A stretch of 64,000 nucleotides of DNA from contig OX597821.1 in the NCBI GenBank assembly GCA_951406725.2, positions 97,278,001 through 97,342,000 of the forward strand, read 5' to 3'. This document shows positions 40,450 to 53,968 of the stretch, piece after piece (positions within the stretch are counted from its first letter, which is position 1; every line of letters starts with the position of its first letter). This stretch comes from Octopus vulgaris. Lineage: Eukaryota. The position numbers were made by a program, and so were the translations under genes. Below the pieces are notes generated by a model. The model was not told where the DNA came from. It did no database searches and worked only from the letters and a program-made list of their open reading frames with translations.

Positions 40450-41823
40450 TTTATATTTGACAGATATTTGTCCTCATCTTGTTTGTTGTTAACACAACAT
40501 TTCAGCTGACGTACTCTTCAGCCTTCATCAGGTGTTTTGGGGGAAATTTCGAACCTGGGTTCTCATTCCTAAGGTATTTTTCTGATATTATTATTATCAT
40601 TTAGGTCACTGCCTGGAATCGAACTCGGAATCTTGGGGTTAGTAGCCTGCACTCTTAACCTGTGGATAATTATGGAGTGAATTTTAGGCCTTATAAATCT
40701 AATATTTTCCTATCCTTCCTTAATGCTGGTTCCCATATGCTACTCATATCTGCACTAGGCTCAGGAGGTTATTATGCCTTAACATATGTACTGCCTCTTT
40801 TAGTTTCTGTATTTTCCAGTGGTGTTATCTATCTATTATTTTAACTTCGTCCCACAGGGGGATTTGTCTCTGTTTTTCCATACATGATTAGCTATATCCA
40901 ATTTATCAATATCTCCTCATGTCACAGTTTTGCAGTGTTCCTCTACCCTCATTTTGAAGGTGTGGCATATTTCGCCATTGTATAACTTACCACAGCTGCA
41001 TTGGATGGAGTACATGCCATCTTTGATCATAATCTCTTCTATTGGTGGTTTTACTCGAAGGAGATATTTACAAAATGTTGTATTACTCTTGAATACTGTC
41101 CTGATGTCATATGGCCACATATCTTTTGTATCTTTTCAGAGAAGCCTTTCACATAGAGCAGACAGACTGTGGTCAGTTCATAGGTCTCATCCTTTCTTCT
41201 CTTCTTAATTGGAGTGTGTAGCATGTTTTTGGGGTAGTTGTTGCTTAATATATTGTTACTTAGCCTGATCATTTCTCTGTGGTGTGTATCACAATCGCTA
41301 CTTATATTCTTTGCTCGATGTTTTAGGCACTGAGCAATCCCTCTCTTACACCGTATGGATGGTGGGAATTGAAGTTGAGGTACTGTCCAGTGAAGGTTGG
41401 CTTGCGGTATACGAATGTACTGGATCCATACTTGGTGCATGTTATTAATACGTCCAGGAATGCTAGCTGATTGTCTTTTTCCTTTTCCATTGTGAACTGT
41501 ATGGATGGCTTTATTGAGTTCACATGATCTGGACATCTTCCTGATGGGGCCAGAGTATAAAAGTGTCATCAACATATCACAGCCATAGGGTTGGTTTTAG
41601 TGGTGTTGATCCTAAAGCCAAATTCTCAAAGTATTCCATGTGTATATTGACTATTATCTGTGATAATGGCGAACCCATAGCTAAACCCTCTTCTTGTCGA
41701 TATATATCAGTTTCCATTCTGAATTAGGTAGTTTCTTTGCGGAAGGTCAACATTTCCATCAAATGTATATAATGTAATAATGTACATAATTTCTTGTCCT
41801 CATCTCTCAAATATAGAACTGTA
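40450..41823 (-). mobile_element. 5'-truncated Penelope-like element (Penelope/Poseidon type): RT plus GIY-YIG pseudogene, 3' terminal repeat with tRNA-like segment and hammerhead, inverted tail at 5' side
   Basis: Reverse translation YRQEEGLAMGSPLS...LWL*YVDDTFILWPH, IQFTMEKEKDNQLAFLDV, VYRKPTFTGQYLNFNSHHP, GMYSIQCSCGKLYNGE...KMRVEEHC; stops and frameshifts present; 41761-41823 is the inverted repeat tail. Confidence 0.92.
40491..40536 (-). ncRNA. Minimal type I hammerhead ribozyme in the PLE terminal repeat
   Basis: aacac CTGATGA a ggctga agagtacg tcagct GAAAT GTT gtgtt. Confidence 0.7.
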
Positions 41824-41831
41824 TATATATA

Positions 41832-42163
41832 AGCTCAGTAAAAATTTAGATTCAGTTGAATATGGTACTTAAGTTAAAGGCACCAGAATTTGGTATGGTA
41901 TTATCCATATAATTCAAAATGGGGTGATTACAATCAAAATGAACAACAAGGATATCCAGAGGTAATGCAGTACGATCGTTTCATGCGACTCTATTTAATT
42001 GAACAATGCAAATATTACATCAGTTTTAAAATGTAGAGCAATCTTCAGCTGCATAAAAATTACATTTTGAAACTGATGTAATATTTGCATTGTTCAATGA
42101 AATGGAGTCGCATGAAACAATCGTACTGCATTACCTCTGGATATCCTTGTTGCTTATTTTGAT

Positions 42164-42166
<3 letters not shown>
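41832..42166. mobile_element. PLE-type terminal repeat F2 with ~105-bp inverted arms
   Basis: Arms 41930-42034 and 42061-42166; ctgaaga..gaaac and gaaacgatcgta motifs. Confidence 0.7.
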
Positions 42167-42228
<62 letters not shown>

Positions 42229-42844
42229 TATATAAATATGTATATATGTGTTTGTAAAAGCATCATCATCATTATTTTTAAAGAACCACTTTCCCATGTT
42301 TGCATGGGTCAGAGAGAATATGTTGAGGTAGTTCTAACTGATGCCTTTACTATCAACAATCCTCACCTGTCTCGATGCAAGGTAATATTTCCCCATGTCC
42401 AGATATGTTTTCCATGGATGACTGGAAATGTATGACATCAGTTATATAATATATGACATTGGTGCTCATTTAAAATCATCATGTGATGTCATGACAAGGA
42501 TACAAGCAAACACACACACACACAAACACACAAACGCATTTTGGGCTTCTTTCAGTCTCTGTCTACCAAATCCATTCACAATTCTTTAGTTGTCTAAGGG
42601 CCATAGTAGATGTCACAAGTGCCATGTGGTAGGAGTGAGCCCAAAACCACATGAATGGGAAGCAACCTTCTTAACCATGCAGTCATGCGTTTGTGTGTGT
42701 CTGTGTATATATCTATATGTATATATGTGTATGTGTGTGTATATGTATGGATATATATAGAGATATCTATACATATATATTCTTTTACTTGTTTTAGTCA
42801 TTAGACTGTGGTCATGCTAGGGCATCACCTTTATATATATATGT

Positions 42845-43093
42845 ATAATTAATATAGGATAAAATTTTTTTCGGGAAAAAATTTTATCAATGGCCAGCAT
42901 ATCAGAAAATGCCTTTAAAGGTAAAATTTATACATAATTTACAAGATAAGGGCAGAAGAAAAATTCTAATGCCAAATATGTTTTTTAGAGATTTCTATCG
43001 GTTTGTTTCGAGACGCATAAATTATAATGGTTATCGACAATTTTTTGTTTTGGTATATTTGGCATTAGAATTTTTCTTCTGCCCTTATCTTGT

Positions 43094-43100
<7 letters not shown>
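42845..43100. repeat. Fold-back insert, ~46-bp arms, one-sided tail, in (TA)n
   Basis: Arms 42934-42979 and 43055-43100. Confidence 0.75.
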
Positions 43101-43130
<30 letters not shown>

Positions 43131-43952
43131 CAAATGAAAGACAGAAGATTGTGCAGATGTATCTCGGCAGGTGATAAATAAATACAACTCATTAAAATGA
43201 CTGTTCCCGCAATGTAACTTTCTGTTTTGCAGAGAGAAAAGCAGCCAGACGGAGAAAATATCTTCATTTATACAGAAGATCAAAAATAAAATCACAGATG
43301 GCAAAAAGAGAAACAAACACACAATCCAGCGAGAAAAGTATTAAAAATAACCGTTAACAGATATGGATGTATAAACACCCTTGGGCAAGCTACATGGTGT
43401 GAGTACACTCACTCATACAAGCATCCGCAAAAATGTGAGCATACACACCACATGAGGTTTGGTGCACTCATGATCACAAAGCGAGTTATTTATCAACTTG
43501 GTGTTTATAAGATTGGGGAGGTTAAATGTAAATTAAAGTCATCCATACCTTAAAGTAATTTAAATTAAGTTAATGGTTACTCAGAATTCATTCTCATTGT
43601 ATTGTGTGAAAGTACATTTATATGCATGTACACATCCCAAGAGTTGTTAACACCAATACTCTAGAAGTAGATGTCAAATGTCTACGAACCACTCTTAATT
43701 TGTTCTCATTTTTGCTTAAGGCAATATATATATATATTTATATATATATGTTTGTGTGTGTGTGTGTGTTTGTGTGTGTATGTGTGCATATATATGTATG
43801 TGGCTGTGTGGTAAGAAGCTTGCTTCCCAACCACATGGTTCTGGATTCAGTCCCACTGCACAGTACCTTGGTCAAATGTCTTCTACTATAGCATCAGTTC
43901 AACCAAGGCCTTGTGAGTAGATTTGATAGATAGAATCCAAAAGAAGTCCATC

Positions 43953-44013
<61 letters not shown>

Positions 44014-44065
44014 ATGTACATATCTATATACAAAGGGGTTTTGTATGATTGTGTATAGAAGAAGT

Positions 44066-44260
44066 ATATTACTCAAAGGAATTCCAACTCTGTTTTTCAC
44101 ATTTTATTTATAATCTTCTAATATTAATATGAGATGTAAAATAATATAGTAAAATGAAATATTTCATTTCATTTCACTATATTATTTTATATCTTATATC
44201 AATATTAGAAGATTATAAATAAAATGTGAAAAAGAGAGTTGGAATTCCTTTGAGTAATAT
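44066..44260. repeat. AT-rich near-loopless palindrome, ~95-bp arms
   Basis: atattactcaaaggaattccaactc...gagttggaattcctttgagtaatat, centre ~44160. Confidence 0.85.
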
Positions 44261-44524
44261 GTATGTATGTACGCACATACGCACGCACGTACGCACACAT
44301 GCACGTATGTATGTATGTGTCTTTGTGTGTGTGTCTTTATGTCTATGTCTGTACCCCCATCACCACTTGACAACTGGTGTGTTTATGTGCCCATAACTTA
44401 GCAGTTCAGCAAAAAAGAATGATACAATATGTACTAGATTTGGAAAATAAGTCCTGAAATCAATTTGTTTGACTAAAACCCTTCAAAGCAGTCAAATGAT
44501 TGAAACAAGTACATGACTATATAT

Positions 44525-44716
44525 AGGGTGAATTCACAGAAAAAACAAAAGACAAAGACAGGTGGTGTAAACAACAAACAGATGTATTAGTATAACGCTC
44601 GGGAAGTGAAAAAAGTCTTTAACGTTTCGAGCCTATGCTCTTCCACAGAAAGGAACACAGAAAGAAACAAGGTGAGAAAATAAAGAATGTGTAGTGGCTA
44701 GCGATTTATCATGGCG
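44525..44716 (-). mobile_element. Short hammerhead-type element F3 (best-preserved copy)
   Basis: Reverse strand cttt CTGTGGA a gagc atag gctc GAAACGTT aaag at 44617-44652. Confidence 0.75.
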
Positions 44717-45142
44717 ATATATCTATGTTTCTGTTGCTGTTGATTATTTTTTATAAGCCCACTGTCCATTTTGCAACACCAGTGCCTGAATAGACACTGG
44801 GTTTCTACATATATATCACTGACAAGAGACTTGCATGTCATTGTGCTACTGGACATCAGTCACTGAGGAACACATAGCAGAGTGAGATCAGGGGATCTGG
44901 CAGTTATAGCAGATGATTCTCATCATTCATCTATGTAATCGTGTGTGCTTTTATGCACTGTAAGCCTTTATGAGAGATCTTCTCAAGGTAAATAATGCAA
45001 TATTCTGCTTGAACACAAGCTCCACATTAAGCTGGAGGACAAGATTATCTTTATATATGTATATATGCATATATGTATATATGCATATATGTATATATGC
45101 ATATATGCATATGTATACATATCTTTGCACATACATGTATGT

Positions 45143-46288
45143 ATCATCATCATCATCATTGTTTAACATCCGCTTTCCATGCTGGTATGGGTTGGACGAT
45201 TTGACTGAGGACTGGCGAACCAGGTGGCTGCACTAGGCTCCAATCTGATCTTGCAGAGTTTCTACAGCTGGATGCCCTTCTTAACGCCAACCACTCCAAG
45301 TGTGTAGTGGGTGCTTTTACGTGCCACCAGTACGAGGGCCAGTCAGGCAGTACTGGTAATGGCCACACTCGAATGGTGTTTTTTACATGCCACCTGCACA
45401 GAAGCTAGTCCAGCAGCACTAGCAACAACCTCGCTCGAATGTTTTTTCACGTGCCACCAGCACAAGTGCCAGAAAGGCAATGCTGGTATTGATCACGCTC
45501 AAACGGTGCTTTTTACATGCCACCGGCACAGAAACCCAGTCAGCTGCTTTGGCAACGATCACGCTCGGATGGTGCTCTTAGCACTAGACTAGCACGGATG
45601 CCAGTCATCGAATTTGATTTTGATTTTGATTTCACTTGCCTCAACAGGTCTTCGCAAGCAGAGTTTAGTGTCCAATGAAGGAAAGGTACACATAAGTGGG
45701 CTAGTTACATCCTTGGCATAGGCCACAGGTTATGGTCTAGCTTGGCTTGCCAGGTCTTCTCAAGCACAGCATATTTCCAAAGGTCTCGGTCACTAGTCAT
45801 TGCTTCAGTGAGGCGTAATGTTTGAAGGTCATGCTTCACCACCTCATCCCAGGTCTTCCTGGGTCTACCTCTTCCACAGGTTTCCTCAACCGCTAGGGTG
45901 TGGCACTTTTTCACACAGCTATCCTCATCCATTCTCGCCACATGACCATACCAGTGCAGTCGTCTCTCTTGCACACCACATCTGATGCTTCCTATGTCCA
46001 ACTTTTCTCTCAAGGTACTTACACTCTGACGAGTATGCATACTGACATTACACATCCAGCAGAGCATACTGGCTTCATTCCTTGCAAGCTTATGCATGTC
46101 CTCAGCAGTCACAGCCCATGTTTCACTGCCATCTAGCATGGCTGTTCGTACACATGCGTCATACAGTCTACCTTTTACCCTGAGCGAGAGGCCCTCTGTC
46201 ACCAGCGGAGGTAAGAGTTCTCTGAACTTTGCTCAGGTTATTCTTATTCTAACAGCTACACTTTCAGTGCACCCACCCCTGCTAAACA
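45143..46288 (-). pseudogene. 5'-truncated RTE-clade LINE (family 2) with long repeat-containing 3'UTR and (GAT)n tail
   Basis: ORF 45705-46202: KGRLYDACVRTAML.GSETW, RRLHWYGHVARM, GRGRPRKTW, DRDLWK; source of the many 3'UTR fragments in the window. Confidence 0.9.
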
Positions 46289-46770
46289 ATTGACATGCAG
46301 GTTAGCTCAAGTTCTCTAAATGCCCTATAAGTTTATTTGTTTAAAATCACCCGACAAGAGCAGATATTATGCATTGTTTTATTCTTTTATTTGTTTCAGT
46401 CATTTGACTGTGACCATGCTGGAGCACTGCCTTTGGTCAAACAAATTGAACCCAGGACTTATTCTTTGTAAGCCTAGTACTTATTCTATTGGTTTCTTTT
46501 GCCAAACTACTAAGTAAAGGGGATCTAAACACACCAGCATCGGTTTTCAAGCGATATTGGGAAGAAGACAAATATATACAAACATACACACACACACACA
46601 TGCACATATCCAGAACAACTTTCTGCAATTTTCATGAAGCAAATTCTGTTATATGGCATTGGTTGGCCTGGAACTATTGCACAAGACACCAAAGGTGCCA
46701 TGTAGAGAGACCGAAACACAAAACATGTGGCTGCAAAGTGAATTTATTAACCACACAGCCATGTCTTCTG

Positions 46771-46807
<37 letters not shown>

Positions 46808-47205
46808 ATATATACATTCATACATGCATACATACAAGCTGACTAACAAACAAACCATGTCAAAGCAGACACTGGAGTACAATGCAATCCTTGGATCCAT
46901 CAGATTCTGTCAAACCATCTAGCCCATGCTAGCATGGAACATCAATGTCAAACAATGATAATGATAAAGAATAGCTAGTTAACTATCGATGTGCCTCAGT
47001 GTCTGTTTAGCTATGTGTCTTACCAATCTGTCTTTCATCATTTTTGTCTTTTACCAATTAGTGAGTTTGGAAAGAGTAGCATTGCTATTTTTTCAAAGTT
47101 TCCAACACTAGTGGGGGGAAAGGATAAAATATCTTCAAACCAGAGACCTGGTCTGAAATGTTTACAACGGTGTAGACCCCTAGAGCCCCTAGGTGGTGAT
47201 GTTAT

Positions 47206-47592
47206 GGATGGAAGCACTCCGTCGGTTATGACGACGAGGGTTCCGGTTGATCCGATCAACGGAACAGCCTGCTCGTGAAGTTAACGTGTAAGTGGCTGAG
47301 CACTCCACAGACACGTGTACCCTTAACGAAGTTCTTGGGGATATTTAGCGTGACACAGAGAGTGACAAGGCCGGCCCTTTGAATTACAGGTACAACTGAA
47401 ATAGGAAGTAAGAGTGAGAGAAAGTTGTGGTGAAAGAGTACGACAGGGATCACTACCATCCCCTCTCGGAACCTCGTGGAGCTTTAGGTGTTTTCACTCA
47501 ATAAACACTCACAACGCCCAGTCTGGGAATCGAAACCGTGATCCTACGACCGCGAGTCCACTGCCCTAACCACTGGGCCATTGCGCCTCCAC
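47206..47592 (-). mobile_element. SINE family C head with tail type 2, TSD ggtgatgttat
   Basis: TSD at 47195-47205 and 47593-47603. Confidence 0.88.
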
Positions 47593-48639
47593 GGTGATGT
47601 TATACCAAGCAAAGGATTAAGTCTATCACTGAGGAACTCAGAATGTTAAGGGCTAGAACAAATATCATATAGCATCTCATTTGATGTCCTAACAACTCTG
47701 CCAATCCACAGACCTAAGCTGTTTCTCTTATTTCATTGATCCCTAAAGAATTGATAGAATGAGTTGATCTCAACAAGAGATGAACTCGAAGTTCATAAAG
47801 ACAGGATAATTTGTTCTGTCCCCAAGCGATTTTTTTCAGTTCACAATTAATCTATCTCGTTTTCCTTAATTTACCATCATCATCATTATCATCATAATCA
47901 TCATCCTCAATGTTGTCATCATCATTGTTATTGTCATTTTTCCATGTTGTGTTGTTCACTTAGCCACTAATGACGTCATCATTTCAGAGAAAAAGTTGAT
48001 TTTCAGTCTGTACATGGCAAATGACTGCATAACATGCAGCACATGTATCAAGGCTTGCAGACCTATTGATTGCTGTCCACTTGTGCCTGAGGAATACCAT
48101 CATTGGCTATTAAAAGAATCATTCTTTCAACAGTGGCTTGTTAAACCTGCTAGGCTCTAACATTTATTTTGGCAGGCCTTACAAATGTCAAAGTTGTCCA
48201 TGTGCCCATCAGTATTACAAAATACTTTCCATTTAACAGTCAGTGATGCTACGCTACAGATAAAAATGGACAGCCATTATTTATACGTAGGCATGTGAAT
48301 GTATATACACACACAAACATATATATACATACATACATACATACGTTTATGTGAGTGGTAAATTGAGACAATCTCATTCACATTATTATCAGCCTTTTGA
48401 TGCCAACCAAATGAAAGAAGTGTAGTGTTTGTTTATATATAACATGCAGTTGTATAATCTAATATTGTTACATACAAAATGAAAGTGAAGTGAAACAAGC
48501 CAATATGTAGATATTTCATGGCAATGTAATCTTAGTATTACGCTGAAAAGAAAAATAGTAAATGTATATTTACCATTGTTGAAGTAATAGGCATAACTGC
48601 ACAAGTGTGGTCACCTCCAGCTTTGTTTCTGCACATCAT

Positions 48640-49270
48640 TCAGAAAAAAATGGATATTTTTTAATGAAAGTTTTTACAAATGTGCTTCAGATGGTGTAGA
48701 TTCTGATTATATTGGAATCTGTTGTGAAAAAAGTTTTCTGGGGGAAGGAGGAGTTTTCAGAAAATTTACACGAGTTGGTTTTGTTTCTTCATATCTTTTG
48801 GAAAAAATGGATGTATTTTTAAATGAAATTTTCTACAAATACCTTTCAGAGTGTGTAAATTACAATTATATTGGAATTAGATGTGAAAAGAAAAACAGCA
48901 GGCATGCACACATACATACTGATGCATATCACAATTTTTTCTGGAATTTGAAGTTTCTTGTTCTAGATATATGTGATGTGTGTCAATATGTCTGTGTGTG
49001 AGCCCACCGATCATTTTTCATTTCAAATTCCAAAATAATCATAATCTATACACTCTGAAAGGTATTGGTAGAAAATTTTATTAAAAAAATATCCATTTTT
49101 TTGAAAGTTATAAAAAAACAAATCTGACTCATGTGAATTTTCCAAAATTCTTCTCTTCATCCATGGAAAATACTTTTCACAAACTCCAAAATAATCAAAT
49201 TCTACACTATCTAGAGCGTATTTGTAGAAAATTTCATTACGAAACATACATTTTTCTAGAAGTTATGAGG
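48640..49270. mobile_element. Foldback-like element: diverged inverted arms built from ~160-bp subrepeats
   Basis: 48640-48890 (two aaaaaatgga...aatgaaa..tt.tacaaat...gtgta...attatattggaat units) mirrored by 49015-49270. Confidence 0.6.
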
Positions 49271-49624
49271 CAAAACAAAGTTATACTATTACTTTGTTTC
49301 CTCTAATGCCCATCTACCATGCTGACATGTGTTGGAGTGTGCAATGGTAGCTGAACCTATATGTCTTTGATATAATTTTAAAAAATACATGCTTATTAAG
49401 AGCTTCTGGTAATACACGGGCAATAAATATACAGTAACCTATTTTATATTGGCCTTAACCAGAACAAAATTTTCCTGACTGGACTACAATTTATATACAT
49501 GCACAAACACAAGTAACGTGTCATCTGGTTTTCTACTTGTCAAACACTGTACATTCGAATATAACTACAGCTTCTATTTACATGTATGCTTCATTGTTTT
49601 GTTTTCAGTTAATATTCTTCATTT

Positions 49625-49964
49625 GTGAAGGTGCATGGCTCAGTGGTTAGAGCGTCGAGCTTACGATCGTGGGGTTGTGAGCTCGAATCTTGGACCAGGC
49701 TGCGTGTTGTGTTCTTGAGCAAGGCACTTTATTTCACGTTGCTCCAGTTCACTCAGCTGTAGAAATGAGTTGCGACGTCACAGATGCCAATCTGTATCAA
49801 CCTTTGTCTTTCCCTTGGATAACTCTGGTGGCGTGGAGAGGGGAGGCTGGTATGCATGGGTGACTGCTGGTCTTCCATAAACAACCTCGCCCGGACTTGT
49901 GTCTAGGAGGGTAACTTTCTAGGTGCAATCCCATGGTCTGTGTCATGTCCGAAGGGGGTCTCCG
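49625..49964 (+). mobile_element. SINE family D, full length, TSD aatattcttcattt
   Basis: tRNA head tggctcagtggttagagcg; TSD at 49611-49624 and 49965-49978. Confidence 0.9.
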
Positions 49965-50297
49965 AATATTCTTCATTTATTCATCATTGCTTATTGATAT
50001 TGGTTTCAAATTTTGGCACAAGGCCAGCAGTTTTGGGGGTGATATAAGTTGACTACATAAACCCCAGTGCTCAACTGATACTTATTCTATCGACCCCCAA
50101 AGGGATGAAGGATAAAGTCCACCTTGGTGGAATCTGAATACAGAATGTGAAAACAGATGAAATATTATTAAGTATTTTGCCTGGCACTGATCTGTTAACC
50201 GACTTTGTTTCTCTAGAAGTTATGAGGAAAAAAAGTTATACTATTACATCTGTTTGTTGTCTACACCATCTGTCTTCATCTTTTGTTTGTTTTTTTG

Positions 50298-50810
50298 TGA
50301 CCGTGTGTGTATCGTTGGCGATTTCTTTTACTCCATCTGCCTTTCCTTGGACCTTTCCTTTTTCTATGTTTCTGACGAAGAGCTTCGCTCAAAACGTTAA
50401 ATTCTCCTTCTTTCTTTCCTTTCCTGAGCGTCCAATAACACTATACTTGTTCCATGTCCTCGCATTGTGTTTTTTCTTTGTGTTTTCATGTTTAGATTAA
50501 CTATATATGTGTGTGTGTGTGTGTGTACATTTATAAATATTTATATCTTTTATATATATATATATTTTTTTTTTCTTTTTCTTTTTTTTTTTGCCTTTTT
50601 TTTTTAGTATGTGACCTCGTGAAGACTACCTGCAAATTTTTTTTTCCTCTGTCCTCCCGTCTCGGGATCTTTCTTTCTCCTATGTTTCCAACGAACAGCT
50701 CCGCTCGAAACGTCATACCCTCCTTCTGCCCTTCTTTCCTGAGCGTCCAATAATATTTTATTTGTTCCACATCCTCGCGTTGTTGTCTTTTTGTTTTATT
50801 GTTTGGATTA

Positions 50811-50815
<5 letters not shown>
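50298..50815 (+). mobile_element. Two tandem F4 hammerhead-type elements
   Basis: ttt CTGACGA a gagc ttc gctc aAAACGTT aaa at 50369-50401; second copy 50611-50815. Confidence 0.7.
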
Positions 50816-50852
<37 letters not shown>

Positions 50853-51517
50853 TAGACCAACTGACTGATTGATCAGTCCATCATCATCATCATCATCATC
50901 ATTTTATGTCCACTTTCTATGCTGGCATGGGTTGGATGGTTCCTTGCACTCCAGGTCATTTCTTACTGGTAGACACTGCTGCTTCCATAGACTTAATGCT
51001 TGTACAATTCATTTGGTTTGATTTCTTTGAACAGATGTCTTTGCTACCACCAACTACTTTACAGAATGTACTGCATGTATTTCATAATGCACCAAATCTA
51101 GAGAGGTTGAATAAAACTAAACCCTCTGCATTCTCTGAACATCTGCCAGTCACTTTACTGTGTATGCTGGGTGTATTTTTGGAGAACCAACACTAAAGAA
51201 ATTGTACCACTTACCAGTCGCTCATGGGGAAGCACGACTGCTATCCTCCATGCACAGCACATGCACATACCTTTGCAGTCTTCTCTTTTACACACTAAAA
51301 TCTGATTTTCTTTCAGCTTTTTAATTCTCTATTTCATCTATATTATGTGTGTGTGTATTTCTATATATATGTATAGGTGCATATACATAACTATATATAT
51401 GCGTATAGATTCATACATGCATGTATCTGTATATGCTTCTATATAAACAAACACACACATACATATATACATAAATTTATATATATATATATGTATGTAT
51501 GTATATGTACATAAATT

Positions 51518-51575
<58 letters not shown>

Positions 51576-51679
51576 AACAAACACACATATACACATACAC
51601 ATACAAATGTTCATGCTATGTATAAATATATATAATGTGTGTGTATGAATGCATGTAGGTATGTATGTATATATGTATG

Positions 51680-52095
<416 letters not shown>

Positions 52096-52657
52096 GCGTA
52101 AAACATCTCTCTGTTGTTTATCACACACTCAGTATTCAGGATTGTGTTTCTGTTTATGTTAAAAATAAAATTATGTAATGTATGAATATCTTAGTAGCAG
52201 TAGATGTAGTTCAGCAGTAGTGATGGTGGTGATGATGTCAATATTAATAGTAGTACCAGATGTAGTAGTGTGGTTATGGTGGCGGCAGTGGTGGTGACAG
52301 TTGTGGTGATGGTGATGGTAGTTGTGTTGGTGGTGGTGGTGGTGGCAGTGGTGGTGGTAATGCTTTTAGGAAAAGTATTATGAGTACCAGCTGCTGCAGT
52401 TGCTGCAGCAGATATAGTAGTAAGAACAGCATCAGCAGTAGCTGTGGTGGTAGTGATAGGGATAGTAGCAGAAGTGGTGATGGTGATGGTGTGCTTGTAT
52501 GGTGGTGGTGGTGGTGGTGGTGCTGGTGCTGGTGCTGGTGGTGAAGGTACCTGTAGTAAAAGCATCTTGGATTGAAAATAAACATTAACTCAGTTGGACA
52601 TCTATAATGCTCTCTCTCACTCTCTCTCTCTCTCACTCTCTCTCACTCTCTCTCTCA

Positions 52658-52698
<41 letters not shown>

Positions 52699-53455
52699 GC
52701 ATGCACACATTCAACCTCTGTCAGAACCAATGAGCGAGCTACTACATGGTCACCCCTCCTGCCAAATTTCCCTTGAATCACTTACTACTGCCTTATATAA
52801 GATAGGTTTCTACATTAAGTAATGTAGTCCTTATGTGCTCTATATCACAGGACAGTCATGGTTGGAATGCCTTTGATCATATAGCTGTTCAGTCAAGGTT
52901 GAACAGGGGCTTAAACAATAACAGCCGCAACACCTCCCACACTTACTACCCACACATTACATATATACACTCACACGCAGACACACCAACACAACATGCA
53001 CACACACACACACCAGTACAACACTCACACACATTCCTACGTGGTGTTTACAGCATACACATTCATGCAAAACACACACACACACACACTCACAGACTGC
53101 ACACACATAGGGTACACATACATACATAACACAGTGCTACACATCACATATTCTCACATGCAGTTCTCAGATAAACACGTGCACGTACATCCGCATCATT
53201 CAATCACATAGATACCCACACATATTCCCACATGCATATTCCCACATGCATACTCGCACTATGCATGCGACACACATGCATGCCTGCAAATCCTATACAC
53301 ATACCGCATACATATACATGTTGACATTGCATAAGTGCCAACACACTCACATGTATCTACAAACAAATGCATCCATACATACATCTACATATACACACCC
53401 ACATGTGTGTCTATATATAGACACACATTCACATTACATGTTCTCACACACACAA

Positions 53456-53487
<32 letters not shown>

Positions 53488-53968
53488 CACATCCATACAC
53501 AATACACCTACACACAAATGCATCCACACTTTATCTCTCATACACACATCCACTACAAACACATACACACATAGAGGCTCATATACACACACACATACAT
53601 CCAGACACAGTCACACAAACAATCACACACACATACATACACAACACACAAACCCACATACATAACCACACACATCCACACATCTTCCATCGGTCCTTAA
53701 GCACTTTATGATAACTGCTATTTCAATTTAACCAATTCTGTCGCAGTGCACATACACCTTTTGAGGGGCCATAATGATGAAGCAATGACCTCGATAGAAA
53801 TGATCTCTGCCATCACTGGTTCAATTCCTGATGGGGCCATTTCACATCACTCAACTTCCCATTATATTATCATTTTATTTTTTTCCTTTATATATTTTAT
53901 TTTTGACAAGATTTTATGCGTGTAATGTAACAAAAATGATGATAGAAGTGAATTTAATTTTCGTATAT

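Noticed and set aside
45305-45610. CRISPR-like look of the ~24-nt conserved motif with ~40-nt variable intervals
   Set aside because: The intervals are homologous to each other (gccag...ctggc hairpin), the array lies in a LINE 3'UTR, there are no cas genes and the context is eukaryotic
48015-48161. Short Cys-rich ORF MANDCITCSTCIKACRPIDCCP...
   Set aside because: Only 48 codons, no promoter or splice support, no family recognised; could be chance or a decayed transposon
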